IMG/VR virus record: IMGVR_UViG_3300008117_008405
Reading direction: 5' to 3' (one strand)
Length of the DNA: 64,000 nucleotides
Source of the DNA: an uncultured virus (IMG/VR IMGVR_UViG_3300008117_008405)
Lineage: Duplodnaviria > Heunggongvirae > Uroviricota > Caudoviricetes
Position numbers and translations under genes: made by a program. The notes under the pieces are model-generated. The model did no database searches, had not been told where the DNA came from, and worked only from the letters and a program-made list of their open reading frames with translations. The stretch's first letter is position 1. Each line of letters opens with the position of its first letter. Of the stretch, positions 9,703 through 20,342 are shown one piece after another.

Positions 9703-10560
9703 GTGAGTACTGTAGTTAATCTTTATGACATTGCTGACAAAAGTGATTTTCAAGTGATAGCTCAAGCTAATAATTTGAGTAAACAATGGTTCAAGGCTCT
9801 GAATCAAAAAAAGGGCACATTCATCAGTTTTGTTGGAAAGTTGTCCAAAGACCCAGAGTCGCTATTAAATGAAGTTTCGGAAGATATTAAGTTGCAATTC
9901 TATAATGATCTACCTAGCATGTTGATTCCGCTTGTTATGGAAGAGGAATTAATTAAAAATTCCAACCGAATTATTTACAATTTGATTCATAAACTGAAGA
10001 TTGAAGAAAAGAATCAAGAAGATGCATATGCGATTGGATTGATGGCATTCAGGAATGCAATCTGGTACTACACCAAGCCAGATGTTTTGTTCACTACCTA
10101 TGCCTATATTGCTGTTAAGTCAAAACTGCAAGAATTCAAAAGGGTACTTCGTATGCAGCAAAAGCAAAAGAATACCGTTTGTGAATATAGTTCTCTGCCA
10201 ATTGATGAGTCATTTGCAAATGATAATAACCGTAACAGCTTGGAAAGTTTGGATGCCAAATCCAAAAAAAATAATAAGCAGTTTAGTCTTTTGGGCAGTC
10301 TAGAAAAAAATGTTAGCTTTGAGTATCTTATTAATAATGCATGCTATGATGAAACAGATCGAAAAATCATTCGGTGTTATCTTCAAAATCGTAAAAAATG
10401 GGTAGAAAAGTTTATCGATGACAATCCAAGTCCTCGTACTGGAAAGAAGTATTGCCGATGGGCAATTCACAAACGATTTAACAAGATTATTGAAAGGCTC
10501 AAAGATATTGTAGCTAGTGAAGACATTCAGCAATATCAAATTATTGTCAAGAATGCATGA
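9703..10560 (+). CDS. sigma-70 region-2-like protein
   Basis: QEDAYAIGLMAFRNAIWYYTKPDVLFTTYAYIAVKSKL; GTG start after GGAGGA; paralogue of 3381..4172. Confidence 0.6.
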   Translation: MSTVVNLYDIADKSDFQVIAQANNLSKQWFKALNQKKGTFISFVGKLSKDPESLLNEVSEDIKLQFYNDLPSMLIPLVMEEELIKNSNRIIYNLIHKLKIEEKNQEDAYAIGLMAFRNAIWYYTKPDVLFTTYAYIAVKSKLQEFKRVLRMQQKQKNTVCEYSSLPIDESFANDNNRNSLESLDAKSKKNNKQFSLLGSLEKNVSFEYLINNACYDETDRKIIRCYLQNRKKWVEKFIDDNPSPRTGKKYCRWAIHKRFNKIIERLKDIVASEDIQQYQIIVKNA

Positions 10561-10621
10561 TGGCGAATCTTTTTCTGATCATGCCTAATTGCAGATTTAC
10601 TTACTAATGGAGGATTCTGAA

Positions 10622-12659
10622 ATGGCTATTGTTAACAAATTCGAAAAGAACTGCTCGGCTTGCCAGAAAACTGTTTTTGCTGGTGAGGGAGTTGCCGTTA
10701 ACTATAGCGATGAATGGTACACCTATCACAATGATTGTGTGCCTGCTGAATTTCAGAATCAATCAGTAAAAAAAGATGTCAACCGTCCTTCTGAAATTAC
10801 GGAGGATGGTTGCATCTTCATTCCTTTCAACGCTGGACATGTAGAACTTATTAAAACGATTCCCAATCGTTCTTGGGACAAGCAGCAGGGATGCTGGAAA
10901 TTTCCTTTGACTAAAGCTTCGATTCAACGAGCAGTCGAAGTTGGGAAAATATTGAACATCAAAATTGCGGAGTCGCTTCTTTCGGAGTTTGTTGAGCAGC
11001 CTAAATGTAGAAACTTCAACAAACTTTTTGACTATCAAAAAGAAGGGGCCAATTTTCTTGCCAGCCACAGCGCAGCTTTGCTTGGTGATGAAATGGGTAC
11101 TGGCAAGACAATTCAAACCCTTTGCGCCTTGCCGATGGAGGCGAGGGTTTTGATTGTTTGCCCATCAAGCTTGAAGTTTAACTGGGTAAAGGAATCAAAC
11201 AAATGGAGGCCTGACTACAAGGTTTCTGTACTTAACAGCACCAAAGCTGTTTCGGAGTACGAGGTTGAAGTTCTAGTTGGCAAAGACAAATTCCGTCTGC
11301 CTAATAAGAACGAGATTCTAATTGTTAACAGGGAGGTTTTGCCTGATTTTCTTCTGCCGAAAAAAACAGAAGATAGCCAATGTCCTCAATGAGACTTATC
11401 TTATCGTTGACGAAGCTCACCAGTATAAAGGTACAAAAACCAGCGGTCACAAAAAGCTGCGTACTCTTTCTAGAAACACCAAGAGCACTTGGGCTCTTAC
11501 TGGTACTCCATTGTTGAGTCGGCCCGAAGACTTGTGGGGTGTCTTTGCTGCTTGCAATCTTGAAAAGATTGTATTCAACAAATATGGCACAAGGCCTTAT
11601 GATTATTTCTTCGAATTATTTAATGGTCGTAAGGCTCGTTTTGGAGTTGAGTGGGGAACACCTTCCCCAGAATTGCCAGATTTGATTTCAAGAGTAAGGC
11701 TTGCAAGAAAGCGCAAAGATGTTTTGCCTCAACTGCCAGACAAGATTTACACAAACATTCTTGTCTCTCTTGACTCATCTTCTGGAGAGGTCATCAAGAA
11801 GACACTCGATAATCTGGAAAAGGAGTATGCCTCTATCTTAAGCCGGGGCTCTTTGCCTCCACTTCATGCTTTTAGCAGTATTCGCACAGAGATTGCGAAA
11901 AGCCGTATTCCAGCGATGATGGAATATGTAAATGAATGTGAAGAGCAAGAGGTTCCTCTGGTTATTTTCTCTGCACACAGGGCACCCCTTGATGCTCTGC
12001 GTTTGCAGAAGGGATGGGGCATTATTGATAAGGACACCAAACCTCATGAGAGGCAGATGATTATTGATGATTTTGATAGTGGAAAAATCAAAGGAATCGC
12101 ATCCACCATTTATTCTGGTGGCACAGGTTTCAATATGACCCGTGCTTGGAAAGTGCTGTTCGTTGATTTGGATTGGGTGCCTGCTCTCAACAAGCAGTCA
12201 GAGGATCGTGTGTGCCGGTTTGGTCAGAAGAGCAATAAAGTAGAAATTATCCGATTTATTTCAGATCATCCTCTTGATCGTCGGCTGTTTGAACTTCTGG
12301 ATCAGAAAGAAACTTTGATTGCCCAGACTTTTGAGAAAGAGGCACATCAAGCTGTAGAGCCAGAAAAGGTTCCAGTCAAGAATGGTAGGAATTATGTTGA
12401 AGTCATTTGTGAATACGAATCTGCGAGGTCAAATGGTGTAATCCCCACATTCACAGAAAATGAAGCTGTTGAAAAAGCACAGTTAATCATTAATGCAAAA
12501 CCTGAAGATACGGCTTATCCTTTGATATCTCGAACCGATGTAAAGGCTTTGAAAAATTTGATTGAAAAGTATTCTACAGACTCCTTGTATTTGAAAGCAC
12601 TTTGCCTTATTGTTGGAAGGTACGAGGTTCTTTTCAACAGGATCAAATCCAATGATTGA
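10622..12659 (+). CDS. SNF2/SWI2 family helicase with N-terminal Zn-binding module, split by a +1 frameshift near 11360-11366
   Basis: First frame: CSAC...HNDC, LFDYQKEG, GDEMGTGKT. Second frame: IVDEAH, LTGTP, RRKDVLPQLP-like motif, GTGFNMT, QSEDRVCRFGQ. Frames join at an A7 run. Confidence 0.85.
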
Positions 12660-12849
12660 TCAAAATGAGTGGTTTTACAGGATTTTGGAAATCAGAAAAT
12701 TTCCACAAACTGTGACTCAAGAAGAAGTTCTCAAAATGGCAGATGATTTAGTGTTGTCATTTTTTGGAGAGTCTTCCTTACACAAGAAATTAGTCAACTT
12801 TGGGCTGAATAAAGCTGCCGAAGTTACTCTAAATAATACTGATGATTGA
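12652..12849 (+). CDS. hypothetical protein
   Basis: MIDQNEWF..., overlaps the stop of the upstream gene and the start of the downstream gene. Confidence 0.5.
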   Translation: MIDQNEWFYRILEIRKFPQTVTQEEVLKMADDLVLSFFGESSLHKKLVNFGLNKAAEVTLNNTDD

Positions 12850-13441
12850 TGTTGTTGCTATTAATGGTATATCTGAATATATTCTTAGAAACTTTGTAGG
12901 TAAGAAAAAAACTTCGAAGTCTAAAAAAAATACATACATAGATAAAATTGATATATTCAATATTTTTAGGTTGCTTACAAACTACAAGCTTTCCTCATAT
13001 TTTGACATATCATTTATTTCAGGAAAAGAACAGGAAATAAAAGAGCTTATTGATGAGGGAGAGATTGATTCTTTCATTAAAGAGATAAATCCATTTTTTA
13101 AAAAGCCATATAATCAAAACAAATATGACTTCTATGTAAAATATTATTTCATTTCTAAACTTGTTGTCGAACAGGTTGCTTTGCTTCTTGAAAGAAGACA
13201 GCTACCAAAATATTTTAAAATAGTTGATATTACTAACAATAAAGAGCTTGACAACGCAAGCTTAGATATTCCTAAAGATAAAAAATCAATTGTATATTTT
13301 ACTTCTATAGAGGAAGCTAAAAAGAGCATGGAATACTACGCTGCGCCGTATTATACTTTAGGCATGAAAATTGAAATGCGTATTGATACACTCAACGAAA
13401 TTAACGAGACATTAGCCTCTGAGACATTCCTATTTGAATAA
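12842..13441 (+). CDS. hypothetical protein
   Basis: 199 aa ORF in operon context. Confidence 0.6.
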   Translation: MIDVVAINGISEYILRNFVGKKKTSKSKKNTYIDKIDIFNIFRLLTNYKLSSYFDISFISGKEQEIKELIDEGEIDSFIKEINPFFKKPYNQNKYDFYVKYYFISKLVVEQVALLLERRQLPKYFKIVDITNNKELDNASLDIPKDKKSIVYFTSIEEAKKSMEYYAAPYYTLGMKIEMRIDTLNEINETLASETFLFE

Positions 13442-13479
13442 AAAATACCTATAATTGCATGGAGAGATTTGGAGGCAAC

Positions 13480-14547
13480 ATGCAAATTGAAAATGATATC
13501 AAGCTTGATTTTAGTGATGTTCTCATCAAGCCAAAAAGAAGTCAAGCTGTTAGTCGAGCCGATGTTGATCTTAACAGAAGTTTTCGTTTTTTAAATTGCG
13601 ATACGAATCCGAAAGATGCTGTTGCCGTTGATGTTGGTGTCCCGATAATTGCTGCCAACATGGACACAATTGGCACTATGGAAATGGCTAAGGCTTTGGC
13701 CAAGTATAACTGCCATACTGCTCTTCATAAGTTCTATTCTTTATCTGAACTTGAAAAATTTTATAAAGATGAAGACCCTAATGTTGTAGATAAAGTATTT
13801 TATACGATTGGAACGAGCGATGCAGATTATGAGAAGCTTAGGATTCTGCAAAATCGACAGGTTCGATTTCCCAAGATTTGTATTGATGTTGCGAATGGAT
13901 ACACACAGTCATTTGTTGAAAAATGTAAAGAAGTGCGGGATTGGTTTCCCAGCAGCATTATTATGGCCGGAAATGTTTGTACACCAGAGCAGACGCTTGA
14001 ATTGCTGTTAGTAGGCAAAGTGAGCATAGTTAAGGTTGGAATTGGCGGTGGGAAATCTTGTACGACTCGTTTGGTAACAGGTGTTGGGATGCCCCAACTA
14101 TCAGCGATTATTGAGTGTGCTGATGCTGCCCATGGAGTCGGTGGCCATATCTGTTCAGATGGTGGTGTTCGTATGCCGGGAGACATTTCTAAAGCAATTG
14201 GTGCTGGAGCAGACTTTGTTATGCTTGGTGGATATCTTGCAGGGCATGATGAGTGCGGTGGCAAATTTGTGTGTGATGCAAACGGTAAAAAACAAAAAAT
14301 GGTTTTCTATGGCATGAGCAGTAGCATGGCTATGGAAAAACACTACGGTGGTAAAGCACAATACAGAGCGAGTGAAGGCCGTGTGATTGAAGTTCCTTAC
14401 AAGGGTCTAGTATCTGAAACTATGGAGCAAATACTAGGAGGTCTAAGAAGCACTTGCACCTATGTTGGTACGACAAAGCTAAAAGACCTCTCTAAATGTA
14501 CAACTTTCATAAGAGTGAACAGAGTTCACGATAATTCTCAGATATAG
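13480..14547 (+). CDS. guaC: GMP reductase
   Basis: MQIENDIKLDFSDVLIKPKRS, AANMDT, IDVANGY, KVGIGGGKSCTTR, SDGG, FYGMSS, YRASEG, GGLRSTCTYVG. Confidence 0.95.
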   Translation: MQIENDIKLDFSDVLIKPKRSQAVSRADVDLNRSFRFLNCDTNPKDAVAVDVGVPIIAANMDTIGTMEMAKALAKYNCHTALHKFYSLSELEKFYKDEDPNVVDKVFYTIGTSDADYEKLRILQNRQVRFPKICIDVANGYTQSFVEKCKEVRDWFPSSIIMAGNVCTPEQTLELLLVGKVSIVKVGIGGGKSCTTRLVTGVGMPQLSAIIECADAAHGVGGHICSDGGVRMPGDISKAIGAGADFVMLGGYLAGHDECGGKFVCDANGKKQKMVFYGMSSSMAMEKHYGGKAQYRASEGRVIEVPYKGLVSETMEQILGGLRSTCTYVGTTKLKDLSKCTTFIRVNRVHDNSQI

Positions 14548-14548
14548 A

Positions 14549-15217
14549 TTAGGCTATTACTGATTGTGCTGCAAATGGATTATATTGAGGCTGTGCAGCT
14601 TGTTGCTGGCCTGCTTTGATATCAGTTGTAGCTACTGATTGTGTAGCTAATGGATTGTATTGTGGCTGACCAGAAGCAGGTTTGGCTGGGGTTCCAGCTG
14701 GTGCGGGTGCGCCTTGAGGTTTTCCAGCTGGTGGTTTAGCAGAAGACTGGGCCATTTTTGCTGCCATAGGATCAACAGCTGGCTTTCCTCCTACGCCAAA
14801 CTTCTTTTGTAGTACTTGATTAGTGAAGCTATTAACAGTTCCAATCATCTTTTTCATTTGTTCTTGTACGCTTGGACCGCCACCTAGCTTGAATATACTT
14901 GCGAAGTAATTTCTTATTGCAGTTTGTAATTGTGTGCTTTTAGCAGCAAATGCTTGCTGTTCCTTGCTGGCTGCTGCTGGAGAAGCTGGCGCTGTTGCTG
15001 GCGCTTGTTCTTCATTAATTCTTTGTGCGACAAGATTTTCAAGCATTCCGAATACGCTATTATATTGGTTGCGATTGGTTTCAACTAATCTTTGACCTTT
15101 TACTCGCAAAGTGTTTATATCACCAACTGTTATTCCAGCTTCTGTCAAACCGTTGGAAAGAGCATTTAAAGCTACATCGTATTGCAATTCGAGTCTTGTC
15201 TTCATGTTGTTCTCCAA
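14549..15217 (-). CDS. hypothetical Ala/Pro/Gln-rich protein, probable virion internal protein
   Basis: Low-complexity C-terminus with repeated QPQYNP(L/F)A.QS; directly downstream of the large SNF2 gene. Confidence 0.6.
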   Translation of the reverse strand: MENNMKTRLELQYDVALNALSNGLTEAGITVGDINTLRVKGQRLVETNRNQYNSVFGMLENLVAQRINEEQAPATAPASPAAASKEQQAFAAKSTQLQTAIRNYFASIFKLGGGPSVQEQMKKMIGTVNSFTNQVLQKKFGVGGKPAVDPMAAKMAQSSAKPPAGKPQGAPAPAGTPAKPASGQPQYNPLATQSVATTDIKAGQQQAAQPQYNPFAAQSVIA

Positions 15218-15227
15218 TTAATATAAC

Positions 15228-18200
15228 TTATATATCACTAAAATGAATAAAATCACGGAAACGCAAGCTGATGTTGTAATTATCAAAAACCTTAACTTCT
15301 TTGCAGATGTTATCTATTTGATCAACTATACTAGCCTCTAAGTTTTTTTCCATATTTTGCGATTCTTGTTCAGCGGATTTAATTTTTTCCAGATTTGAAA
15401 CATCATTATTTTTGATATAGTCTTCTTGTGATCTTTGTATTATGCTTGCAAGTTTTCTTCTTTCTCTCAGCGTTTCAAAAATGTTTTTATCAATTTCCAA
15501 GTTTTTCGCTACAGGATAATAAACTTCTGGACTAGTTAAGGTGTTTATTCTGTAAATCCTACCTTCGGCTTGATCCGCAGATTCAGGGGTATAAAAAACA
15601 TCGTTGATAATCATGTTTCTAGCGATATTTGGGAAGTCTATTCCCGTTCCTCCCTTTTGCATAGTCATGACAATGACACGCACTTTAGGATCGGTCTTAA
15701 ACCTGTATTTATTTGTTTCAAGTTGCTTATCGGTTATATCTCCATAGTATCCTAAAACTTCAAGGCCACATTTTGGCATTTTATTTTGTTTGCAAAATTC
15801 ATTTAAGGCATCTTGTGTTTTCTTGATGATTTCTCTGGCTACTGGTTTAAAATTTGTAAATATGACAATTTTTGTATCTTTTTGCATTTTATCATCGGCA
15901 ACAGAAATCTTTTGAGATTCTTCTTTTATTTGCTTGGCATTATTTTTCAGAAGTTGCTTAACTTTGTTTATTGTGATTGGAACCTTGGACATAGCTATTA
16001 GTCTTCTAATAGTGGTTATATTAGTTTTTTGTTTTTCGGCAGCGGTTAATGGCTTGGCGCTACTCTTGCCAAAAAGGTATGCAAAAAAGATTCCATAATC
16101 ATCAGCATTATTAATTCCAAACTTGGCTAAAATATTTTTTGCGTTTTGATCTGTGGTTTGATTATATTCTTGTGATGCCATCACATTCTGGCTTATTGTT
16201 GATTTGTTAGCCAAAAAATTACTAATCATAACATCTTTAGTGGATGGCATAGTAATGTTGTTGAGCCAGCCTGTTACAGACTCTAAGTTCAGATTTTTCT
16301 GAATAGGAAGTTTATCAAAAAGTATTTTTTGCCTACTGATATTCCTGACTTGCTGGCAGAATTTTTCTTGATTGATTTTCATGCCAACAATTTTCTTCTG
16401 AAGTTTTGGCAGCTTTTTATTAATTTGATTTTTTGTTTTCTTATCGTAAACCCCAGTAACATGCAAAAGCCTATTCATTTCTTGTGCTTTATTAAACTTA
16501 TCGTTTGCCAAAAACTTATCTCTGTCTGCTAACATTAATGTCATGGGATCAGTAGTATCATCGTACATAAAAAGAGTGGTTCCCTCTTGGGATGCAGCAA
16601 GTAGTTTCAGAGCATCTTCATAAGCAACTGGTTGAGGTGCGAGTTTGTTTTTATTTCCATCTATTATTGATACTTTTTTATTGTATAAATTATATTTTTT
16701 ATTGAATGCAGGTGTGTTTGCAATTAGTGCCGTATGTTCGATGAAATTATGAGTAAAATCTTCATCAGACATTTTGCCGAATTGATGCCCAACTACTTGT
16801 AATTGATTTTTAATATCGATTGGTTTGTTAGCTGATAGTGTTGCTGTCATGTTGTATTTTACTGGGATGAATTTAGATATTTTAGCTATTACAATACTTC
16901 TTATCGATTGTGCTATTTTTACCTTGTGTGCTTCATCTAAAACCATGACCTCGTAATTTCCAACAATATTTTTTTGAATAAAATCATCAATTTTCTTGTC
17001 ATCGGGAACGCCAGCACGAATCATGAATTTCGGTGATTGGAATGTTTCGTAATTGACAATAGTCCAGTTCTTTGGTTTTTCTATATCAAAACTAACTTGG
17101 GATGCTTCTTGTGATCCAAATAATTCTTCGATACTCTGAAGAAGCTGTGTTTTTAGGTCAGATAATGTTACTACTAAGCATTTTTTGCCTGAGTCGATCA
17201 TTCTAAGTTTAGATGCAACTAAAAACTGAATGGTTTTACCAACGCCAGTCTCGTCACCATTGATTGCGTTGCTGCGTGAATATAAATGTGCTATTCCTTC
17301 CCATTGCTTGGGGAATAACTTTAGCCCTTTTGGCAGATTTGATTTTTTCAGTTCTTCAAGTTGTTTCAAGTACGGGATTTTAGCAAAAACCATTTTTTTG
17401 AATTGTGATAAGGCAACGCTTTTTTCTTGTCCACTTTTGGCGTTTTTGATACTTCCATAAATCTCTGGATTATCTTTCGATTCTAAGAAAACATCAGAAA
17501 CTTTACTTTCGTATACATCTTCTAACTGTTTGGTATTGAATCCTAGCTTCTTGAGTTCTTGTATTATATTAAAGTACTGTACTCTGTTGCCATAAACAGA
17601 GATAGTACCATCTCCAGAGAACACAGGTGGTTTATATTCAATTCCATCTTTTACTTCAGGATGGTTATAAAAAAGCCATTTAATTTCTTTTTTTGCTTGA
17701 TCGGTTTTTTCTTTGTTCAACAAATAAGGAAGTTTTATTACTGCTGAAGCTCCAAGACCATTTTCTACCCATAAGGGAAGTTGTCCAGAAAATGGTTTTG
17801 ATGGATTGGGAATTAAAGTAGCCAAAGCCTTTTGATCATTTACTACATGTAAAAACTTTTCGTAATTTACTTTTGCCGAATTTAGAGTTCGTATGATTTC
17901 AATAAAGTTATCAATAATTGTTGGGTCAGAATTATTCAGTTTGAAAACAAAAGTTCTCTCTTGTTCATTTGATTTTTCAAGTAATTTTGGAAATCTTTGT
18001 GTGAGGGCTTTGAAAGGTATTTCCGCATCTTTAGGAACAATTACCTCAAAAATCGACATGTGCTTAGATGGCTTTTCTGTTTTTCCGATGGTAACTTCTG
18101 TAACTTCGGCAGCTGAAGCTAGCTTTTTTGGCTGCTCTGGTTCTGACAGGCTGACGGGTCCAAATATTCTGGTTTTTCTTTTAAATGGTTGTAAAGTGAA

Positions 18201-18509
18201 AGTAGGATTGATTACAGGGCTTCCCAGTCTTCTTTTAATGGCTAGATAAGCATTGTTAGTTTTAGCTTGAGGTTTATATTTTTCAATTATACCTAATAGT
18301 TTGCTGATTTCTAGTCCTACAAGATCGCTCGGAGATTTTATTTTACCATCTTTTAGAATTGTTTCTTCAACATAAGTTTTTTCGTTATCTGGAATAGCAG
18401 TCCTTGTTAATATATCATATGCTAGTTTCAAAAGCATTTCAATATCAGAACTTTTTTGATCTTGTTCAGATTCGATTAAATTTCTTTTCCAGCTTATAAA
18501 ATCAATCAT
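15228..18509 (-). CDS. large SNF2-family helicase/ATPase
   Basis: LFPKQWEG, GDETGVGKT, VLDEAHK, TAT, GGTGIDF, QAEGRIYRI. Confidence 0.85.
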   Translation of the reverse strand: MIDFISWKRNLIESEQDQKSSDIEMLLKLAYDILTRTAIPDNEKTYVEETILKDGKIKSPSDLVGLEISKLLGIIEKYKPQAKTNNAYLAIKRRLGSPVINPTFTLQPFKRKTRIFGPVSLSEPEQPKKLASAAEVTEVTIGKTEKPSKHMSIFEVIVPKDAEIPFKALTQRFPKLLEKSNEQERTFVFKLNNSDPTIIDNFIEIIRTLNSAKVNYEKFLHVVNDQKALATLIPNPSKPFSGQLPLWVENGLGASAVIKLPYLLNKEKTDQAKKEIKWLFYNHPEVKDGIEYKPPVFSGDGTISVYGNRVQYFNIIQELKKLGFNTKQLEDVYESKVSDVFLESKDNPEIYGSIKNAKSGQEKSVALSQFKKMVFAKIPYLKQLEELKKSNLPKGLKLFPKQWEGIAHLYSRSNAINGDETGVGKTIQFLVASKLRMIDSGKKCLVVTLSDLKTQLLQSIEELFGSQEASQVSFDIEKPKNWTIVNYETFQSPKFMIRAGVPDDKKIDDFIQKNIVGNYEVMVLDEAHKVKIAQSIRSIVIAKISKFIPVKYNMTATLSANKPIDIKNQLQVVGHQFGKMSDEDFTHNFIEHTALIANTPAFNKKYNLYNKKVSIIDGNKNKLAPQPVAYEDALKLLAASQEGTTLFMYDDTTDPMTLMLADRDKFLANDKFNKAQEMNRLLHVTGVYDKKTKNQINKKLPKLQKKIVGMKINQEKFCQQVRNISRQKILFDKLPIQKNLNLESVTGWLNNITMPSTKDVMISNFLANKSTISQNVMASQEYNQTTDQNAKNILAKFGINNADDYGIFFAYLFGKSSAKPLTAAEKQKTNITTIRRLIAMSKVPITINKVKQLLKNNAKQIKEESQKISVADDKMQKDTKIVIFTNFKPVAREIIKKTQDALNEFCKQNKMPKCGLEVLGYYGDITDKQLETNKYRFKTDPKVRVIVMTMQKGGTGIDFPNIARNMIINDVFYTPESADQAEGRIYRINTLTSPEVYYPVAKNLEIDKNIFETLRERRKLASIIQRSQEDYIKNNDVSNLEKIKSAEQESQNMEKNLEASIVDQIDNICKEVKVFDNYNISLRFRDFIHFSDI

Positions 18510-18565
18510 TTCTTTTTATGTTTCCACTAAATACTAATATATTATTTAGAATTCGAGGTTCAAAA

Positions 18566-18955
18566 ATGATTAGTCTGAATGAATTTAAAAATGCATCAAA
18601 TGTTAGCAATGTTTTTTCCAAGTTATTTCATATGAGAGATACTGCTCATTACGCACATTTGAGAACGAAATCCTATGCCCAACATAAGGCCCTAGGTTCT
18701 TTTTATGATGATGTTTTAGGTTTAGCAGATCAATTTATTGAAACTTACCAAGGACAGTATGGATTACAAAAGTTTGAAATTCAGGGTGTAGACTCCTCTG
18801 ATATTGATATTGTCAAATATTTAGAAGATTCTGCTAAATTTATCTTGGAATCTCACAGCGCACTAGAGAAGAAAGATACCCATTTGCATAACATTATAGA
18901 TGAAATTGCTGGATTGTTATATCAAACATTATATAAACTTAAAAACTTGAAATAA
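18566..18955 (+). CDS. ferritin-like DUF5856-type phage protein
   Basis: H..H..TKSYAQHKALGSFYD...D.FIETYQGQYG...LHNIIDEI...TLYKL. Confidence 0.7.
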   Translation: MISLNEFKNASNVSNVFSKLFHMRDTAHYAHLRTKSYAQHKALGSFYDDVLGLADQFIETYQGQYGLQKFEIQGVDSSDIDIVKYLEDSAKFILESHSALEKKDTHLHNIIDEIAGLLYQTLYKLKNLK

Positions 18956-18963
18956 GGTGTTTT

Positions 18964-19326
18964 ATGGCTAAAAATACAAATAGATATCATGCAGAAGTGC
19001 TAAGAGTTATTGACGGAGATACTTTTGAAATGATGATCGATCTTGGATTTGGCGTTACACAAAAGTTTCATGTAAGACTGGATGGCATTGATACTCCTGA
19101 AATTTCAACTGTAAAAGGCCGACAAGTCAAAGAATTTGTGAAGGATTTGATTGAAGGAAAATCAGTCATGGTGACTGATGAAGGAGCGGAAAAGTACGGC
19201 AGAGCAAGGGCCGGGATAGAGTTGTCTAATGGAAAAGATTTAACTGAGTATTTAATTGAAAGCAATATTGGAGTAGAATATCACGGTGGTAAAAAACAAG
19301 GACTTGTGGCTTTAAGTATGATTTAG
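18964..19326 (+). CDS. thermonuclease (SNase-like)
   Basis: RVIDGDT...IDLGF...VRLDGIDTPE...KYGR. Confidence 0.9.
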   Translation: MAKNTNRYHAEVLRVIDGDTFEMMIDLGFGVTQKFHVRLDGIDTPEISTVKGRQVKEFVKDLIEGKSVMVTDEGAEKYGRARAGIELSNGKDLTEYLIESNIGVEYHGGKKQGLVALSMI

Positions 19327-19408
19327 TTTTGTAGAGTTTACAAAAAATAGAAAAATTTTCATGTAGTTTTTCCCCTAATGCTTCTATAATTAACTTGTTG
19401 CCAAGGGA

Positions 19409-19437
19409 TTGACTTTCTACTTGGCTTTTGGCATACT
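19409..19437 (+). promoter_or_regulatory. sigma-70-type promoter
   Basis: TTGACT-N17-CATACT upstream of the secreted-protein gene. Confidence 0.5.
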
Positions 19438-19490
19438 CTAAGCATGAGATGCAATTCAGCATTTCTGTATTCACGAAAGGAAGATGAGTT

Positions 19491-19829
19491 ATGAAGAGTT
19501 TCGTTATGGCTGCTGTGGCAGGTTTGGTTCTTGTTGCTTCTTCGAGCGCAGGCGAGAAGTCTGCTCCCGCACAAGCTCCTGTCAAGCCTGTTGCTAAGGC
19601 TGAACCCAAGACTGTTCTCGTTCCCACCACGGTCTACAAGAAGGAAACCGTCATGGTTCCCAAGACTGTTGTGAAGAAGGAGACTGTTTTGGTCCCTGTG
19701 AAGGTTGCCGAGTGCTGCACCAGCTGTGATTGCGCTGTTGCTGCTCGCCGTCCTCTGTTTGATGGTCGCCTTCGTGGCCGTGTTCGTGGCGCAACCGCAA
19801 GCGTTGTTGATTGCGTTTCTTGCAAGTAA
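19491..19829 (+). CDS. small secreted Cys-rich protein, planctomycete-like
   Basis: Signal peptide MKSFVMAAVAGLVLVASSSA; VP.TV.KKET repeats; CCTSCDC...RRPLF...CVSCK; GC-richer codon use than neighbours. Confidence 0.75.
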   Translation: MKSFVMAAVAGLVLVASSSAGEKSAPAQAPVKPVAKAEPKTVLVPTTVYKKETVMVPKTVVKKETVLVPVKVAECCTSCDCAVAARRPLFDGRLRGRVRGATASVVDCVSCK

Positions 19830-19846
19830 TTTAATTTCTTGCATTC

Positions 19847-19888
19847 AAAGGGGCAAGCTCTTATTATGAGCTTGCCCCTTTTTCTTTT
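19847..19888 (+). terminator. intrinsic terminator
   Basis: AAAGGGGCAAGCTC-TTATTAT-GAGCTTGCCCCTTTTTCTTTT. Confidence 0.85.
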
Positions 19889-19901
19889 ATAGGAGAACAC
19901 C

Positions 19902-20342
19902 ATGTTATTTTGTTTGTTCTTACTAATGGCGCAGACTAAACCAACAGAATTGTCTTTGCCTTTCATAAAGGCTGATGCCGTTTGTTCAAACAAACAAAAT
20001 CCAACCGACAGAACTTTGTTTACCTATACCTGTTTAAAACGGATGGCAGCTAATTATAAGCCAGTAAAGGTATATTACGCTACATATGATTCAGATAATA
20101 AGGAACAACTTACTCCGTGCGGAGAAGCTTCTTGCATATATTTGAGTAAAGAACAAATTGTAGCTAGATTAGAACTTGATACAAAGCTACCACAAGACAT
20201 TCAGAAATATGTTTTGAACGCAAAAACATATTCTGCAAAAGGAGATTTTTACATCAATACAAGTTGTATTGTTGAAATCTCAAATGCAGAAATTAAAAGT
20301 TTTGTTTTGCGTCCAAAAGAAAAAGCTATTGTTTTTGAGTAG
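19902..20342 (+). CDS. hypothetical exported protein
   Basis: SD AGGAG; hydrophobic N-terminus. Confidence 0.6.
   Translation: MLFCLFLLMAQTKPTELSLPFIKADAVCSNKQNPTDRTLFTYTCLKRMAANYKPVKVYYATYDSDNKEQLTPCGEASCIYLSKEQIVARLELDTKLPQDIQKYVLNAKTYSAKGDFYINTSCIVEISNAEIKSFVLRPKEKAIVFE

Noticed and set aside
19226..19993. Long antisense ORFs opposite the secreted-protein gene, and similar shadow ORFs such as 3818, 6506, 13827 and 48423
   Set aside because: They overlap well-supported genes on the other strand, lack SDs and have no recognisable motifs.
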